Assembly: GCF_006345805.1 (NCBI RefSeq)
Contig: NC_042997.1
Coordinates: forward strand, 90,706,001 to 90,770,000
From: Octopus sinensis
Taxonomy: Eukaryota
Length of the DNA: 64,000 bases
Reading direction: 5' to 3'
Shown: piece after piece, positions 14,011-26,165 of the stretch
Layout: each line of letters starts with the position of its first letter
How positions within the stretch are numbered: the first letter of the stretch is position 1
Made by a program: the position numbers and the translations under genes
The notes under the pieces: model-generated
What the model was told of the DNA's origin: nothing
What the model saw: the letters and a program-made list of their open reading frames with translations, nothing else
Database searches by the model: none

Positions 14011-14619
14011 TGTGTGGCAAAGACTGCCATTCGCGCATTGGAATGTTCAGCCACAGGTAACGCTGTTTCTGAAGAGCAGACAACTAGAATCTTTACCTAC
14101 GATCACTAATGACAGACGGATGCTAGAAAAATAATAATAAATAAAGACCTGGAAATAGAAATATTTAGAATGTAAGGATTGAAAACTGAAACTACCCCCC
14201 ATTAATAAGAGATACTTTATGAATGGTGAAACGATGCAGAAATTAAAAAGAGAAAGCCTAAGTACATAGATGCAAGTGTAATATACAGAAACCAACAATA
14301 TTGCACACACTTGATTTACATGTTGCTTAAGAGAACTCTTAATACAATATTTAAAGAAAAAGCAAAGCAAAATATTTCACATCCGCGGAAATACACGATG
14401 TGGCATTCGGTTGTGCAGCGACAGCACACCTTTACTAAAGTCATGATGATGATGATGACGATGATGTTGATGGTAGTGGTGACCTTCTATTTATTTTACA
14501 ATTATTTTACAGAAACGAATCATATTCATATGATCGAAATGGAAACTGGTCAAAAGATTATTTACGAATCCTTAAAGCCAACTCCACCACCAGACGACAC
14601 CAATTATAATATCAATTAC

Positions 14620-16240
14620 TTTTAAGTTAGACATCAAACAGTATACATATTAGCGTTGGAAAGAGTTCATTTCTGACATAAATGAATGATTGATATTTCT
14701 TGTAATCGGTATGACACCTTATAAAGGAAGAATAAATTCGAAGATGAGAGTCAAAACCTCCGTGCAGTATTAAAGACGTAAAATTTAATTTTACGGCTTG
14801 TTTGGTGGAAGAAAAGCCAGCGCTTGCAACCTTTTGCAAGAATTTCCGAGTCAGAAACCAAGGTTTATGGATTAAGCTCAGTGAAGTTAGTTGGTTCGAA
14901 CGCATTTTGACTATTGTCTTTTTAAAAATCGCAACACTAACTGGGAATTTTTCATGGATTGCTTTATAAACGCGTGAGGATGTTTTTATTAATAATCTTT
15001 CCTTCGGCGTTTTGAGGATAGAATCTTCAGATTCCTTTCTCTCTGTCTCAATTTTGTTTTTATTTTGATTTATAAAGTCCATCAATTCCACAGTTGCTTT
15101 TGTTCACCACAGTGAAATTGATAGATACATTTTGCATACAGTTGGAATATTTTGTTGTTTTTGTAGTCTCGTTTTTTAATGTTTCTGTGTTTCTTGTTGT
15201 TGCTGTTGATGATGATGTTGTTGTTGTTGTTGTTGTTGATGATGATGATGATGATGATGATGATGACGACGACGACGACGACGATGATGATGTTGAAGTG
15301 GTTGTGAATTTGGCTGCAGTTGTGAATTTGTGTTTGTTTTTGTTGTGTTCTTCAAATAGGGCTACCCTCTTTTGCCTGCCCCCTCTTGCTACAGTGTTCC
15401 ATGGTTTGGCCTGCACTTCTTTCTCCATGCCAATGCTGTTGTTTTTGGTTTGGGAGCAGGGCGTTCAGAAGAAGGAGTAAATTCCTTCGTTGTCTTGGTT
15501 TATGTGTGAGTGTTGGAGTACTGAGCACTTTCTCTTGATTTTGTGCTTGTATGTTTGTAGTGTTGGCAGCAGTGGGTATTTTTTCTTTGTTTGAGGGCAG
15601 AAAGCCTTTAAATGAGTCACAGAGCCACATACGTAACACCTTGGCTTTCTACCCCCAACTATCACTGACAAATGGGTGCCATCCGGGAGGTCTATCAGGT
15701 CGGGTATTTCGTCAATATACATTTGGTTAGACTGTATGGTCAATTGCATACTTATACCTGACCAGTTTTGTTGAGGTATTTTCTTTACCTCCAGGATAGC
15801 CACTTCTTCCTCTATACTCATCAAGGCGGCTACCACCAAACAGGTATTGGATATTTCTGGTGGCACGTTTACCACCCTATATAGCAAGGTATTGGCCGCA
15901 ATAGCTGGGGATTAGGAAGAATTCGTCATTCCTCAATGTCGTCGCAGAGTGAAACCTGGCTTCTTCCTCAGTCCCAAATCTCACTTCAATCGCACCACAC
16001 TTCTTTCTTCGAGTGATGTGGGTCTTGTTTTCCCACGTGCACACAAGACATTTTTGAACTTGAGCCCCAATAACATTTTCTACTCGGTGTGATTTTACTC
16101 CGATGCAGCGGTATGTAACCGTGTATCTCAAAATGTTTTCCATACCCTCAGGTGGAGGGTTGAGGGCTACTCTTTCCCATTTCTTTTTACAGTTTGTCTG
16201 GCGAGTTTTAAATCTTCTTTAACTATGGGAAAATCTAGAT
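14620..16240 (-). mobile_element. L1/Tx1-like element copy 1: frameshifted ORF1 with zinc knuckle, plus a truncated ORF2 start
   Basis: ORFs 15877-16143, 15465-15887, 15060-15428 and 14627-15091 join into a gag-like ORF1. It contains GAIEVRF, RVVNVPPEIS and GRKPRCYVCGSVTHLKAFCP (CX2CX4HX4C), an S/T-rich linker and a C-terminal block. Confidence 0.8.
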
Positions 16241-16249
16241 TTCTTGCAG

Positions 16250-17829
16250 CACTTGCAAAAGAAATCCACTTTTCGGCATCTTTCCTTCGTTCCGGCTCAC
16301 CATTCAATCCGAATAGTCGACCGAAGCGCTACTGAAAAGCCTTACATACCTGCTTGTTGTCGAGTAACATATGTGCATTATGGAGCACCAAAGACCGAAT
16401 TGAGGTTTTGTTCCAACATTGCATCTCTGCTAATCGGCCCCATCGGATGGTTTTCGTTCCCGCGTGTCTTAGAGCATGCGACTTAGCTTTGACATTGCAG
16501 CCTTTGTGCTTCACGTTGAAGAATTGTTAAAGAATTAGTCGAACGTCAATCTCGCCGCGAATACGTCGGTTGCAATGGCTTTCCTCTGCGCCTCTTCTAA
16601 GTTTTTAAGTGCCTCTCTGTTCTCCTTTTCTCTATCATTACAACCTTCTTAAGTCTTATCTATTCTACTCAAATCGCCCTTTTCAAGGTAAATCACCATT
16701 TGTTAATGACGATTTCCCCCGTCAACATCCCCTTGAATAATTTGAAAATTCAGTCTCCCTAAGCTTGGCGCACCATGTCTACATTGTTGCATTCGGGAAA
16801 TCCAGTCGGTAACTGTCAGCCAGCAGGAAACGTCTGAGCAGGTTTGAGAAACTTTTGCATCTCCTCTCCGATCAGCTAGCTTCACTCAATCCGGACGTGT
16901 ATCCAAGAAAGTGCCCTAATTACCCACTAACACTAAATAGCTGGGCGTTCCTAGGAAAACCTCCAGAGGCCCGAAGAAATCTGGTCGTCTGCCCCCGTCG
17001 AGGTGTAGACAACTACCACCCTGAAGACATCACTTCACTACCGTTCGCATCTTGGATTACCAACTTACTGTCCGGGTCCAAGATCGACCGTATCTCGAGG
17101 TTCAAGACTTTCCGACACAGCACTGCTTTCCACCAAGTAAGGGATACGAAAATCTAAGTCACCAAAAATGGGTGCTAAAGTAGGTGTGTCGGAAATCCTG
17201 GCATCGCCGATAGCTATCACGAGAACATCAATAACAACAAGAGTAATGACAGTGGTAGCACTAGTAAGGGCAACGTTTTTAACAACACATGTAACTGCGG
17301 CAGCAGCACAACAGCGACAGTAGCAAACTGAGGTCATTGAGCAAATGGACCTATTCCCAGGGTAACTCAGGTTACGTGCATTTATACACCTCACTTTTCA
17401 GAACTACCATGTTAGTAGAAAAGAGAAAAAGAAACTGGGTGTTTTCCCATTGGGGATCCCGACCGGATGACTTGGCCTCCATGAAATTTTGGGGTGCCTT
17501 TGGGAAGTTCTTTAGAAACCTACTGTTGGTCCCCTTATGCCAGAGTTTACCACATCATTGGAGAAATTATCCCTGCATTATTTTGTCTATCTTCAAGCCC
17601 AACTCTATTTTCAAATTTTGTGGCACCTTGGAAGTACTGCTCCTGAAAACCTCCCCTTCTGCTCTACTGTTTTGCTTTCATGCGATAAAAGATATCAATT
17701 TTTGATATGTTCCTTATAAACACAATGCTTCGGTTGGGTGTGTTTTGTTGATATCATGTTTATGTCCCCGCTGGTGCTGTTCCTATGAGTCTTTTCTTTT
17801 TGTTGTGGGTGGTGGAGTTGTCGTGGATT

Positions 17830-17870
<41 letters not shown>

Positions 17871-19300
17871 GGAATTTACAAAAAAACAAAAGACGAAGAC
17901 AGGTGTGTAAACAACAAACAGCTGTATTAGTGTTTAATGCTCGGGAAGGTGAGAAAGTCTTTTACGTTTCGAGCCTACGCTCTTTAACTGAAAGGAACAA
18001 GAGAAAATGTGTGTGTGTGTGTGTGCGCGCGCGCGCGTGCATTTATGTATTTCTTGGTTGTCCTTCCTCCTCACAAAAGAGATCTCCGTGTCGGAAAGAT
18101 CTGATGTGAGTGTGGGATGAGGTATATTTTCGTGTGTGTATCCATTTGTGCTTAAGTTTCAAAGAGAGGCGAGATAGAGAAAATAAGAGAGAGGAAATAG
18201 ACTTGAAATTTTCCTGGGTGGTGAGTTTGGATTCTGCTATTGTTAGTATCATTGTTGTTGTTGCCGGTCTTGCTGTCGTGGCTGGTGTTGTTATCACAGC
18301 TACAGCTGCACTTCTTTGTGATGTTGCTGCTGTTATTTCCACTGTTGTGTTCGCCACTACTACTAATGTTGCTGTTATGGGGGCTCTGGTGTCCACATTA
18401 ATAGAAGCTTCCTCTCTCATTTTTTTTTAGGACAGAAAACTCTTAAGTGACCTTCGGCACCACACAAATTGGCCTTCTGCTCTCGACTGCAACACACAGC
18501 TTCAGTCCACTATGGGACCCTTTCCACATCCTTCAGTTTGATCTGGATATCTCAAATGTGATCTGAAACCAAAACTCCCTCTCTGTTCATTTTACGTCGA
18601 GGAAGCCGTCTTCCTTCTAAGATAACACAGGCCAACAGCCACCAATCCAACCCAGTATTTTAGGAGATAGGTCCTTCTCCCTAATTATGTTGGATAGAGG
18701 GTGGGCTCCTTGTCGAGTATGGAAAGTAAGGAGTGTTTCAATACGAGAACTTCGCTCTTAAAAAGCAACTCCAGTTCTCCCGAATTGCCTTACCCTCTTT
18801 GCAAGATCTACACTGACCCATATTTCTTTGAGTGCTCTTTCCACTTGGGTGTGTGTTGACGCTTGCCGACAGACGGTGATACACCACCGTCTTCCGAACA
18901 GTTGCAGCTAAAATGTCAGCTGGGATAAGTTGGGCTGTGCCAAGTGTGCTTCTTTGTCGTTTACCGACTGCGAGAAGCACTGATTTCTCCACATCCCAGC
19001 AAAAAATTACTTCAACATTGTCGTTATTCTTGTTATTGCTGTTGTTGATGATGTTATTGCTACTGTCGCTGTTCTGCTGCTACCGCAGTTACATGTGTTG
19101 TTAAAAACGTTGCACTTACTAGTGCTACCGCTGTCATTACTTTTGTTGTAGTTATTGATGTTCTCGTGCACACACTGCTTCTTAAAGCCACACTGAACTT
19201 TTAAAGCGTCATGGGGTGTGTAATGTTCTCCAATGAAATTGGTAGTGGTATGCGTTGTTCTTTCTGCTACCTTTATGCTTAATCTGATAGTAGACGTTAA
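16250..19300 (-). mobile_element. L1/Tx1-like element copy 2: degenerate ORF1 plus APE-like endonuclease, no RT seen
   Basis: ORF1 homologue has RKTVVYHRLS (~18900), LCGAEGHLRVFCP (~18430-18470) and LISFIA*KQN (~17690), matching copy 1. The endonuclease start reads RCINARNL...IAIGDARIS (17394-17190) and LVIQDANGS (~17050). Confidence 0.75.
17868..18008. mobile_element. Penelope-type terminal-repeat fragment inserted at (TA)n inside Tx1 copy 2
   Basis: GTTGGAATTTACAAAAAAACAAAAGACGAAGACAGGTGT recurs inverted at ~10520-10560, also beside (TA)n. It carries a hammerhead-like GAGC-GTAG-GCTC-GAAAC on the minus strand. Confidence 0.5.
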
Positions 19301-19361
19301 TAATGCCGTAATTCCAACAGAGAACATGAAAACAGACTACTGTTTAACTGGTACCTACTTA

Positions 19362-19740
19362 TTTTACTATAGGCACAAGGCCTGAAATTTGGGGGAGGGG
19401 GCAGTCGATTACATCGACCCCATTACTCAACTGGTACTTAATTTATCGATCCCAAAAGGATGAATGGCAAAGTCGACCTCGGCGGAATTTGAACTCAGAC
19501 CGTAGCAGCTGACGAATACCTATTTCTTTACTATCCACAAGGGGCTAAACACAGAGGGGACAAACAAGGACAGACAAACGGATTCAGTCGATTACATCGA
19601 CCCCAGTGCGCAACTGGTACTTAATTTATCGACCCCGAAAGGATGAAAGGCAAAGTTGACCTCGGCGGACTTTGAACTCAGAACGCAGCGGTGGACGAAA
19701 TACTGCAAAGCATTTCGCCCGGCGTGCTGACGTTTCTAAT
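19362..19740 (-). mobile_element. Dimer of tRNA-derived SINE family B
   Basis: Two units of ..GTCGATTACATCGACCCC..ACTGGTACTTAATTTATCGA..AAAGGATGAA.GGCAAAGT.GACCTCGGCGGA.TTTGAACTCAGA. Confidence 0.85.
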
Positions 19741-19772
19741 AATAATGATAATAATGATAATGATAATAATAA

Positions 19773-22750
19773 TCTTTTCTTTATTTGCCACAAAGGCGCA
19801 GTCATATAACAGCACATGGGGTTTACAAGACATTTGGGGTGTAGACAAACAAGTCATGTGAAAACAAGAAACTGGGCAAAGACGTTATACAATATACACA
19901 CGACACCAGTTAAATTTGGCTATAACAAGGTAAATACATAGATATTGATCAAAGATTACAGAAAAACACAAAATAATTAAAGATATGATTTAAATTTTAG
20001 TCTTCCTACAATGGGTCAGAGCATTCGACAACTCACATCGTCTTAACCCACACTATCCACTTCGTCCTGATAACAAAAACTCTTTAATCCCGAAAGAGCC
20101 TGTGAACAGTTCGGATGTTGGAGCAGGAAATCAAAGGACCAAGTCAAAAAAAAAAAAAGAACATTCTTAATCTTACAGACAGCTTGTTTCTGGTATGCTC
20201 TAGAATATGGGATCCCATCTCTTCGCATATCTATGCATTGTCTGTGCCACATTGTTCAAGTAAATCATATCTTCCGTTTGTTGTTCGCTTTCAATATAAA
20301 GCACTGTGAAAACCAAGATGCTCTCTTCGGAACACACCTTGAACTTTTTCTCCACCTTCCTCTGAGGTTTATTTTATTTTTTTGGTGAGGGGATCATATT
20401 CTTTCTTTCCTTTTTTGCACCTTTAACGCTAACCCTAGTAGTTTTCCCTTCTTGCTCTTCCTCCTATTTATTGCTAAATTTACAAGACAATAGGATAGTG
20501 CTACATGGAGAGTGAAGGCCTTGCCGTCCTTGGCTTCTAGGACTGAGAGCAAAGCGGTTTTTATGGTTACCCTTGGCTGCAACCGGTGTTGCAAATAGCT
20601 GTGTTACTAAGATACCAGCAGATGGTAATCTAGAGACTTGTGTTTGAGGCTCAACATCGCCTTTTCCACTACTCCAGCTCTTCAAGGACTAAAAATAATT
20701 TAGTAACTCTTGCTACCACGGCTATAATTGGGCTGTCTTGCCTACGCTGTCGGTTTCGTCATCAACGCCCACGACATGAAAGAATGGTCCTATGGGATCA
20801 TTAACTTAAAAGCCCATGCTGATTCCTCCCGGCTGCATGTCGTTCGTCATTACGCATTTACCACAGTACTACAAAGATGACAAGAAGTGTTATACTGCAT
20901 TGTGTACAGAGTGAATAATTCATGTAAAAAGCTCTGATGCTACACCCCATCCTCGGTCTTAAAGGCCAAGCAGACAGTACAATAAACTCTGCCTGTCTTT
21001 ATGGGCAAGGTGCTAGTCTAGTCCAGATATAAGCCAGAGTATCCCTTATCTGGTCTCTCGTGGGCATAGCAAAACCTCCCCTTCGTAAATCGAAGACAGA
21101 CCAAGTTTTCTCGTTACTGGTTTCTCAATAAAAATTTTGGACAAGTTTTATTTTGGAGTGTCCATATCCAAAATTTCAATGTTAGAAACAATTCTTGTCC
21201 AATCGTAGGTCTGTGCGTAAGTGTCAATGTTATTGCTGACGTTGTTGCCTCTTCCGGATGAATTCCAAAAATGGTTTCGTCGCTCTTGTATCTCGAGTTT
21301 CGTGCCTGTAGAGTGTGTCATTAAATGGTATTGCTCCCCCGAAAGCACTATCAGTTCTCGAAGTTATACATCGTCTCTGTGCTGAAACTCATCTGGAGCG
21401 GACAAACCTATTGATCCTCTTCGACGCTCGGTGTTTCCTTGACGACGTTGTCTCTCTTTTATTGTTATTTTCCTGTCCAATCTCTTGATGCAAGTCTTTC
21501 ATCTCGATCTCTTCACACGATGAGGCTGAGGAATCGAAGAGATCTGAGGCAAAGGAGATAACAGATATAAATTGTACGTGTGCATTTCGTTGGGTACTGC
21601 AGAGAAAGCTCCTGTTACTGTTGCTGTTGTTGGTAGTGGTCATGTTGCTGTGGTTTTTGTTGTTGTCTGCAGTTATAGCAGCTGCTGGTGATGGTGTTAT
21701 TACTACTACAATTGCTATTGGTGATGTTTGTATCATCCGCAATCGGAGGATTATTTCTTTTGTCCTTTGTTGTAGTAGAAGGCGCTTAGACGGTTTATAG
21801 CGCCAAACATGTGGTTCATAGACCTTTTCTCTTAACCACCACAAACAGCTGAGTCCCGCTTAGCAATCGAAGATGTCTTTGACTCTATCCCACTCTACTT
21901 GGATCAAGTGCTTGCCACCTACTCATGACCAGTTTTCAGAATGATTGCTTAATCTTCATGTGCCTAAGTTGTTGCCACCAACCACCATATGCTCACTTCC
22001 GGCAGTACACCCACCACTTTCGCTTTCACCACCTGTCAGCTCATACATGAAAGGATTAGGATAAAATCCTTGCTCATCAATGGAGAACTGGAGTGATTCT
22101 TCAGTTCACTTTCTAAGAAGAATCTGATCTCCACATCCTGTACTGACTGCCACGCGAAAGAAATTGTTTCCACACTGCCTTCAAGCATCGCACCACCTAT
22201 ATATAAAGCAGCCTATCCACTCATCGACTCTACGTGCTTATGTGCAAGTAGAACACAGTGCATTTGTTGGGCTCCTGCACAACTTCTTGTGCCGACCAGA
22301 GCAACTTTGCTTCCAGACAGCAAGCTCACAAAATCGTTACCAAAATGCTTAGCGGCATTTCTTCCAGGTATATGTTCTTTTTGAGATCGATAAAATAAGT
22401 ACCAGTTGAGCACTGGAGTTGATGTAATCGAATTGGACCCCCAAGCTTCAAACTTTGTGCCTACAAGAGAAAGAGTTATTACTAAGTGAGCCGTTGTTGC
22501 CATTGCGAATGTCAATGCCAGAAGTCGCAGTGAAAGCCAGGTTGATGGCAAAGATTGGTGCAGCAATATTCAGTCGAGTTGATGTTAAATGGTGTCGGCA
22601 GTGGCAGTGTTATTTTTCTTTATCCTTTATACTATTGTTGCCACCATCACCATTGCTACTGCAAGAGGTGTTCTCACTTCCACCCATCACAGTTATGGTG
22701 GTGGGGTATTAGGACTGGTGACTGTGAAAGCGGGAAGGTGTTGTCTTCGT
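19773..22750 (-). mobile_element. L1/Tx1-like element copy 3: ORF1, ORF2 relics with a large RT deletion, and a 3' end
   Basis: ORF1 homologue VEIRFFLESELKNHSSSPLMSKDFILILSC...KVVGVLPEVSIWWLVAT (~22135-21970) aligns with copy 1. DGIPY (~20200-20220) matches the pre-RT SPGxDGLPYE motif. A possible C-terminal Cys/His relic lies at ~20010-20040. A minus-strand AATAAAGAAAAG plus (ATT/ATC)n tail lies at ~19740-19786. Confidence 0.7.
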
Positions 22751-23059
22751 CTTCATTTGTAAAAGCAAAGTCTGTCCCTACGGCTTAAATCACCTTTTCC
22801 TTCCCCTAGTTGGTATCAAGAAAATTGCCACCGCATTTATTATATTCAAATACTTTTTTTTTTTTCAAAGAAACATTTTCTTCGAAATAGAGCTCCGCGA
22901 GGCTGGAAATAAAATTAATCAGTCTTTTATGGTTGGGGTCAATTCTGCAACAAAATATGACTCAAAAATCTAAAATAATAAATCTCTAAAACAGGTAAAT
23001 AAGAAATATTCAAAAAGACCAATGTATAAACACATGTAAAACAAATAGCAATAATAATA

Positions 23060-23479
23060 ATGGTTTCAAATTTTGCCACAAGGCAGCAATTGGGGGGGGG
23101 GGTGAGTTGATTTCATTGACCTCAGTGTATTTATTTTATCGACTCCGGAAGGATGAAAGGCCAAGTTGACCTCGGCGGAATTTGAACTCAGAAAGTAGCG
23201 ATAGGCGAAATACTGCTAAGTATTTCGTCCGTCGTGCTAACGATTCTGCCAACTCGCCGTCTTAATAATAATCTTTTCTACTGGAGGCACAAGGCCTCAA
23301 ATTTGTGGGGCGGGGGCTAGTCGATTATATCGACCCCAGTGTTTCACTGGTACATAACTTATAGCAGGTGTTCGACATAAACCCACAGGTCAGCAATGCT
23401 CGGGCACTGAACGGGTGTATGCAGGACGTAAAGAGCTGTAAGAAGTAGTGCAAAGCATTTTGTCTCGTGTCCAATAATA

Positions 23480-23510
<31 letters not shown>

Positions 23511-24325
23511 TAATAATCCTTTCTACTGGAAGCACAAGGACACAAATTTGGGGGAAGGGATTAGGTCGATAATAATCTACGCCTGGGCGTAACTGGTACT
23601 AATCTTATCGACCCCGAAAGGATGAAGAGCAAAGTCGACCTCGGCGGAAATGATAATAATTATAATAATCTTTTCTAATATAGACACAAGGTCTGAAATT
23701 TTATAGGAAGAGGGCTAGTCGATTACATCAACCCCAGAACTCAACTGGTACTTATTTTTATTGACTCCAAAAATTGAAAGGCAAAGTCGACCAAGTGGAA
23801 TTTGAACTCAATGTAAAGACGACGAAATACTGTTCAGCATTTTGTCAGGCATGCTAATGATTCAGCCACTTCACCATGATAATAATAATAATAATAATAA
23901 TAAAATAATAATAATAATAAAATAATAATAATTCCTACTATAGGCACAAAGCCTAAAATTTGGGTGGAGGGGTTAGGCGATTAGATCGAACCCAGTACGC
24001 AACTGGTACTTAATTTATCGACCCCGTAAAAATGAAAAGTCAAGTCGACCTCGCCGGAATTTGAACTCAGAACGTAGCGGCAGACAAAACACCTGTTTCT
24101 TTACTACCCACAAGGGGCTAAACATAGAGAGGACAAACAAGGACAAATAAACAGAGTAAGTCGATTATATCAACCGCAGTGCGTAACTGGTACTTATTTA
24201 ATCTACCCCGAAAGGATGAAAGGCAAAGTCGACCTCGACGGAATTTGAACTCAGAACGTAGCGGCAGACGAAATACCGATCAGCATTTCGCCCGGCGTGC
24301 TAACGATTCTGCCAGCTCGCCACTT
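23060..24325 (-). mobile_element. Head-to-tail array of roughly six SINE-B copies separated by (AAT)n
   Basis: Repeated CTTTCTACT..AGGCACAAGG..AAATTT, TCGACCCC, GAAAGGATGAAAGGCAAAGTCGACCTCGGCGGAATTTGAACTCAGAA units in one orientation. Confidence 0.88.
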
Positions 24326-24466
24326 TATTATTAACAATAATAATAGTAATGGTGGTGGAGTTCTTTGATTTGTAATTTTCAATAGGAAAGGAGAAAGAAT
24401 GACAACAAGCTTTTAAGTTATACATATATAAGCATTAAAAAAAAAAAAAGATTTGTTCAGGACAAT

Positions 24467-24472
24467 TTTATT
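24467..24472 (-). terminator. Candidate distal polyadenylation signal (AATAAA) of the MORC2-like gene
   Basis: Minus-strand AATAAA followed about 20-30 nt downstream by a U-rich tract (plus-strand A run 24437-24449). It coincides with the CpG-decay boundary. More proximal AATAAA hexamers lie at 27155-27160, 26846-26851 and 26445-26450. Confidence 0.35.
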
Positions 24473-26016
24473 CAATTCTTCAGCAGTTGTCACATATGCC
24501 TATATACAGTGGGAGAGGGAAGTATGAGAGAGGAAGAGAGCGTGTGAGTGTATCGATTTCAACCGATTAACCACAGACAACTTCTATTGTAATAAGAAAT
24601 AGTTGATTAATTGTTACCATAATTTTATTATCCATGTTCCTTATTAAGTTGGAAGTTACCAGAAAAGATACACTAAAACTGCTCGTTGAATATTTGAATC
24701 ATTGCAATCGCATAACTCAGTGTATGTGGTTTTTCATATATACAATTCTTTTATGTGACATCCTGACATTTAGTAACAATGGCACGTAGAACATAGAAGG
24801 TACGTAAACATATATTAGTATGCAAAAGGATGTTTATGTCTCTCACACACATGCCGATTAACAGGTAGTCAGCTCGAACTTCATGAGCAACAAAACTATC
24901 TGTAACATTCATAGTTTCTCAAAGGTATGTGCAAAATAAGCGCAATAGTTATGGCTGAGTGACAGATCCAATTCAATGCTTTCCACATAAGACACCACAC
25001 TTAGCTTTATAAGTGCAGGTGTGGATGTGCGGTTAAGATGCTTGCTTCCCAGCCATGTAATTGCTGGGGTTCAGTTCCACTGCATGGCACCTTCGACAAG
25101 TGTCATCCACTATAGCCCCAAATCAACCAAAGCCTTGTAAGTGGGTTCGGTAGACAGAAACTGAAAGAAGCTTGAGATATGCATTATGTAAGTGGGAGGA
25201 TACTCGTCTTTACATCACACAATCATTGTACATGGCCATCACCATCGTACATGTTGTTTCACTTCCAGTCTTCCATGGAAAACATGTCTTGCCATAGGGA
25301 AATATTACTTTATTTGAAAACAGGTATGGGTTGGTGACAGGAAGGGCATCTACCTGTAGAAAACCTGGCTCAACAAATTCCATCTGATCTATGCAAGCAT
25401 GGAAAAATGAATATTAAAAACAAAACAAACAATATATTTGAACTGCTTTCAGCCAATAGGCTTTGCCCATGCTGGGTCACCATTCAAGGGTATAATTGAT
25501 TACAACTCCAGTTCTTAACCTTTTCTTATTTCTATCAACCTCAAAAAGTTGACTGAGAAACACAACCTGGACAAGAGTTTGAACTTAATACACAAGTGAA
25601 AACAATGTATTTTGCTCAATGCTGTACCAATTCTGCTGCTCACTGCCCTACAAAGGCATACACAAAAGATCGTTTATAAATTCCAGTTATACAACCAGAT
25701 ACCAATGTTTTGTCACAGAAAGGGAACAGCTATATCTTCTTAGGTTCTAAATGTCAACATTAGTTTCTCAAGGGTGGTGATAAATAGCAAGGTTTCATGA
25801 CTTTTATATCCTTTTAGGTTACAATCTGTGCTCATTCCTTCAAATGAAGCATCATTTTGCTAAGATAGTTTCAAAAGACAAAATATCATTGACAGGTTAA
25901 ACAAGTATTAAAGAGTTAAATCAAATGGATATACAAATTTTGTATTTATATCAGCTGAACAGCTTAAACATGTCAGCATCTGCCAGACATCCTAAGCAAT
26001 CTGGATGGTTTAGGGT

Positions 26017-26165
26017 AAGCATAGGCAACCTTTTTTATGAGAAGTGGGCCGCATGTGACATGGTTCTTCATCAAACAGGGTTGCATGACTAAAAACATTG
26101 AAGGTAATTTTTCCCTAGGTGTGCCATTCACAAAGACCTATGAGTCGCAGGCAGCCTATGACTGG
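26017..26165. mobile_element. Short hAT-type MITE relic
   Basis: Ends GCATAGGCAACC and GCAGCCTATGAC are imperfect inverted repeats with internal GGGCCGCA, typical of hAT MITEs. Confidence 0.45.

Noticed and set aside
15094-15480. Plus-strand poly-Asp/Val ORF
   Set aside because: It is the antisense reading of the S/T-rich triplet linker in Tx1 ORF1.
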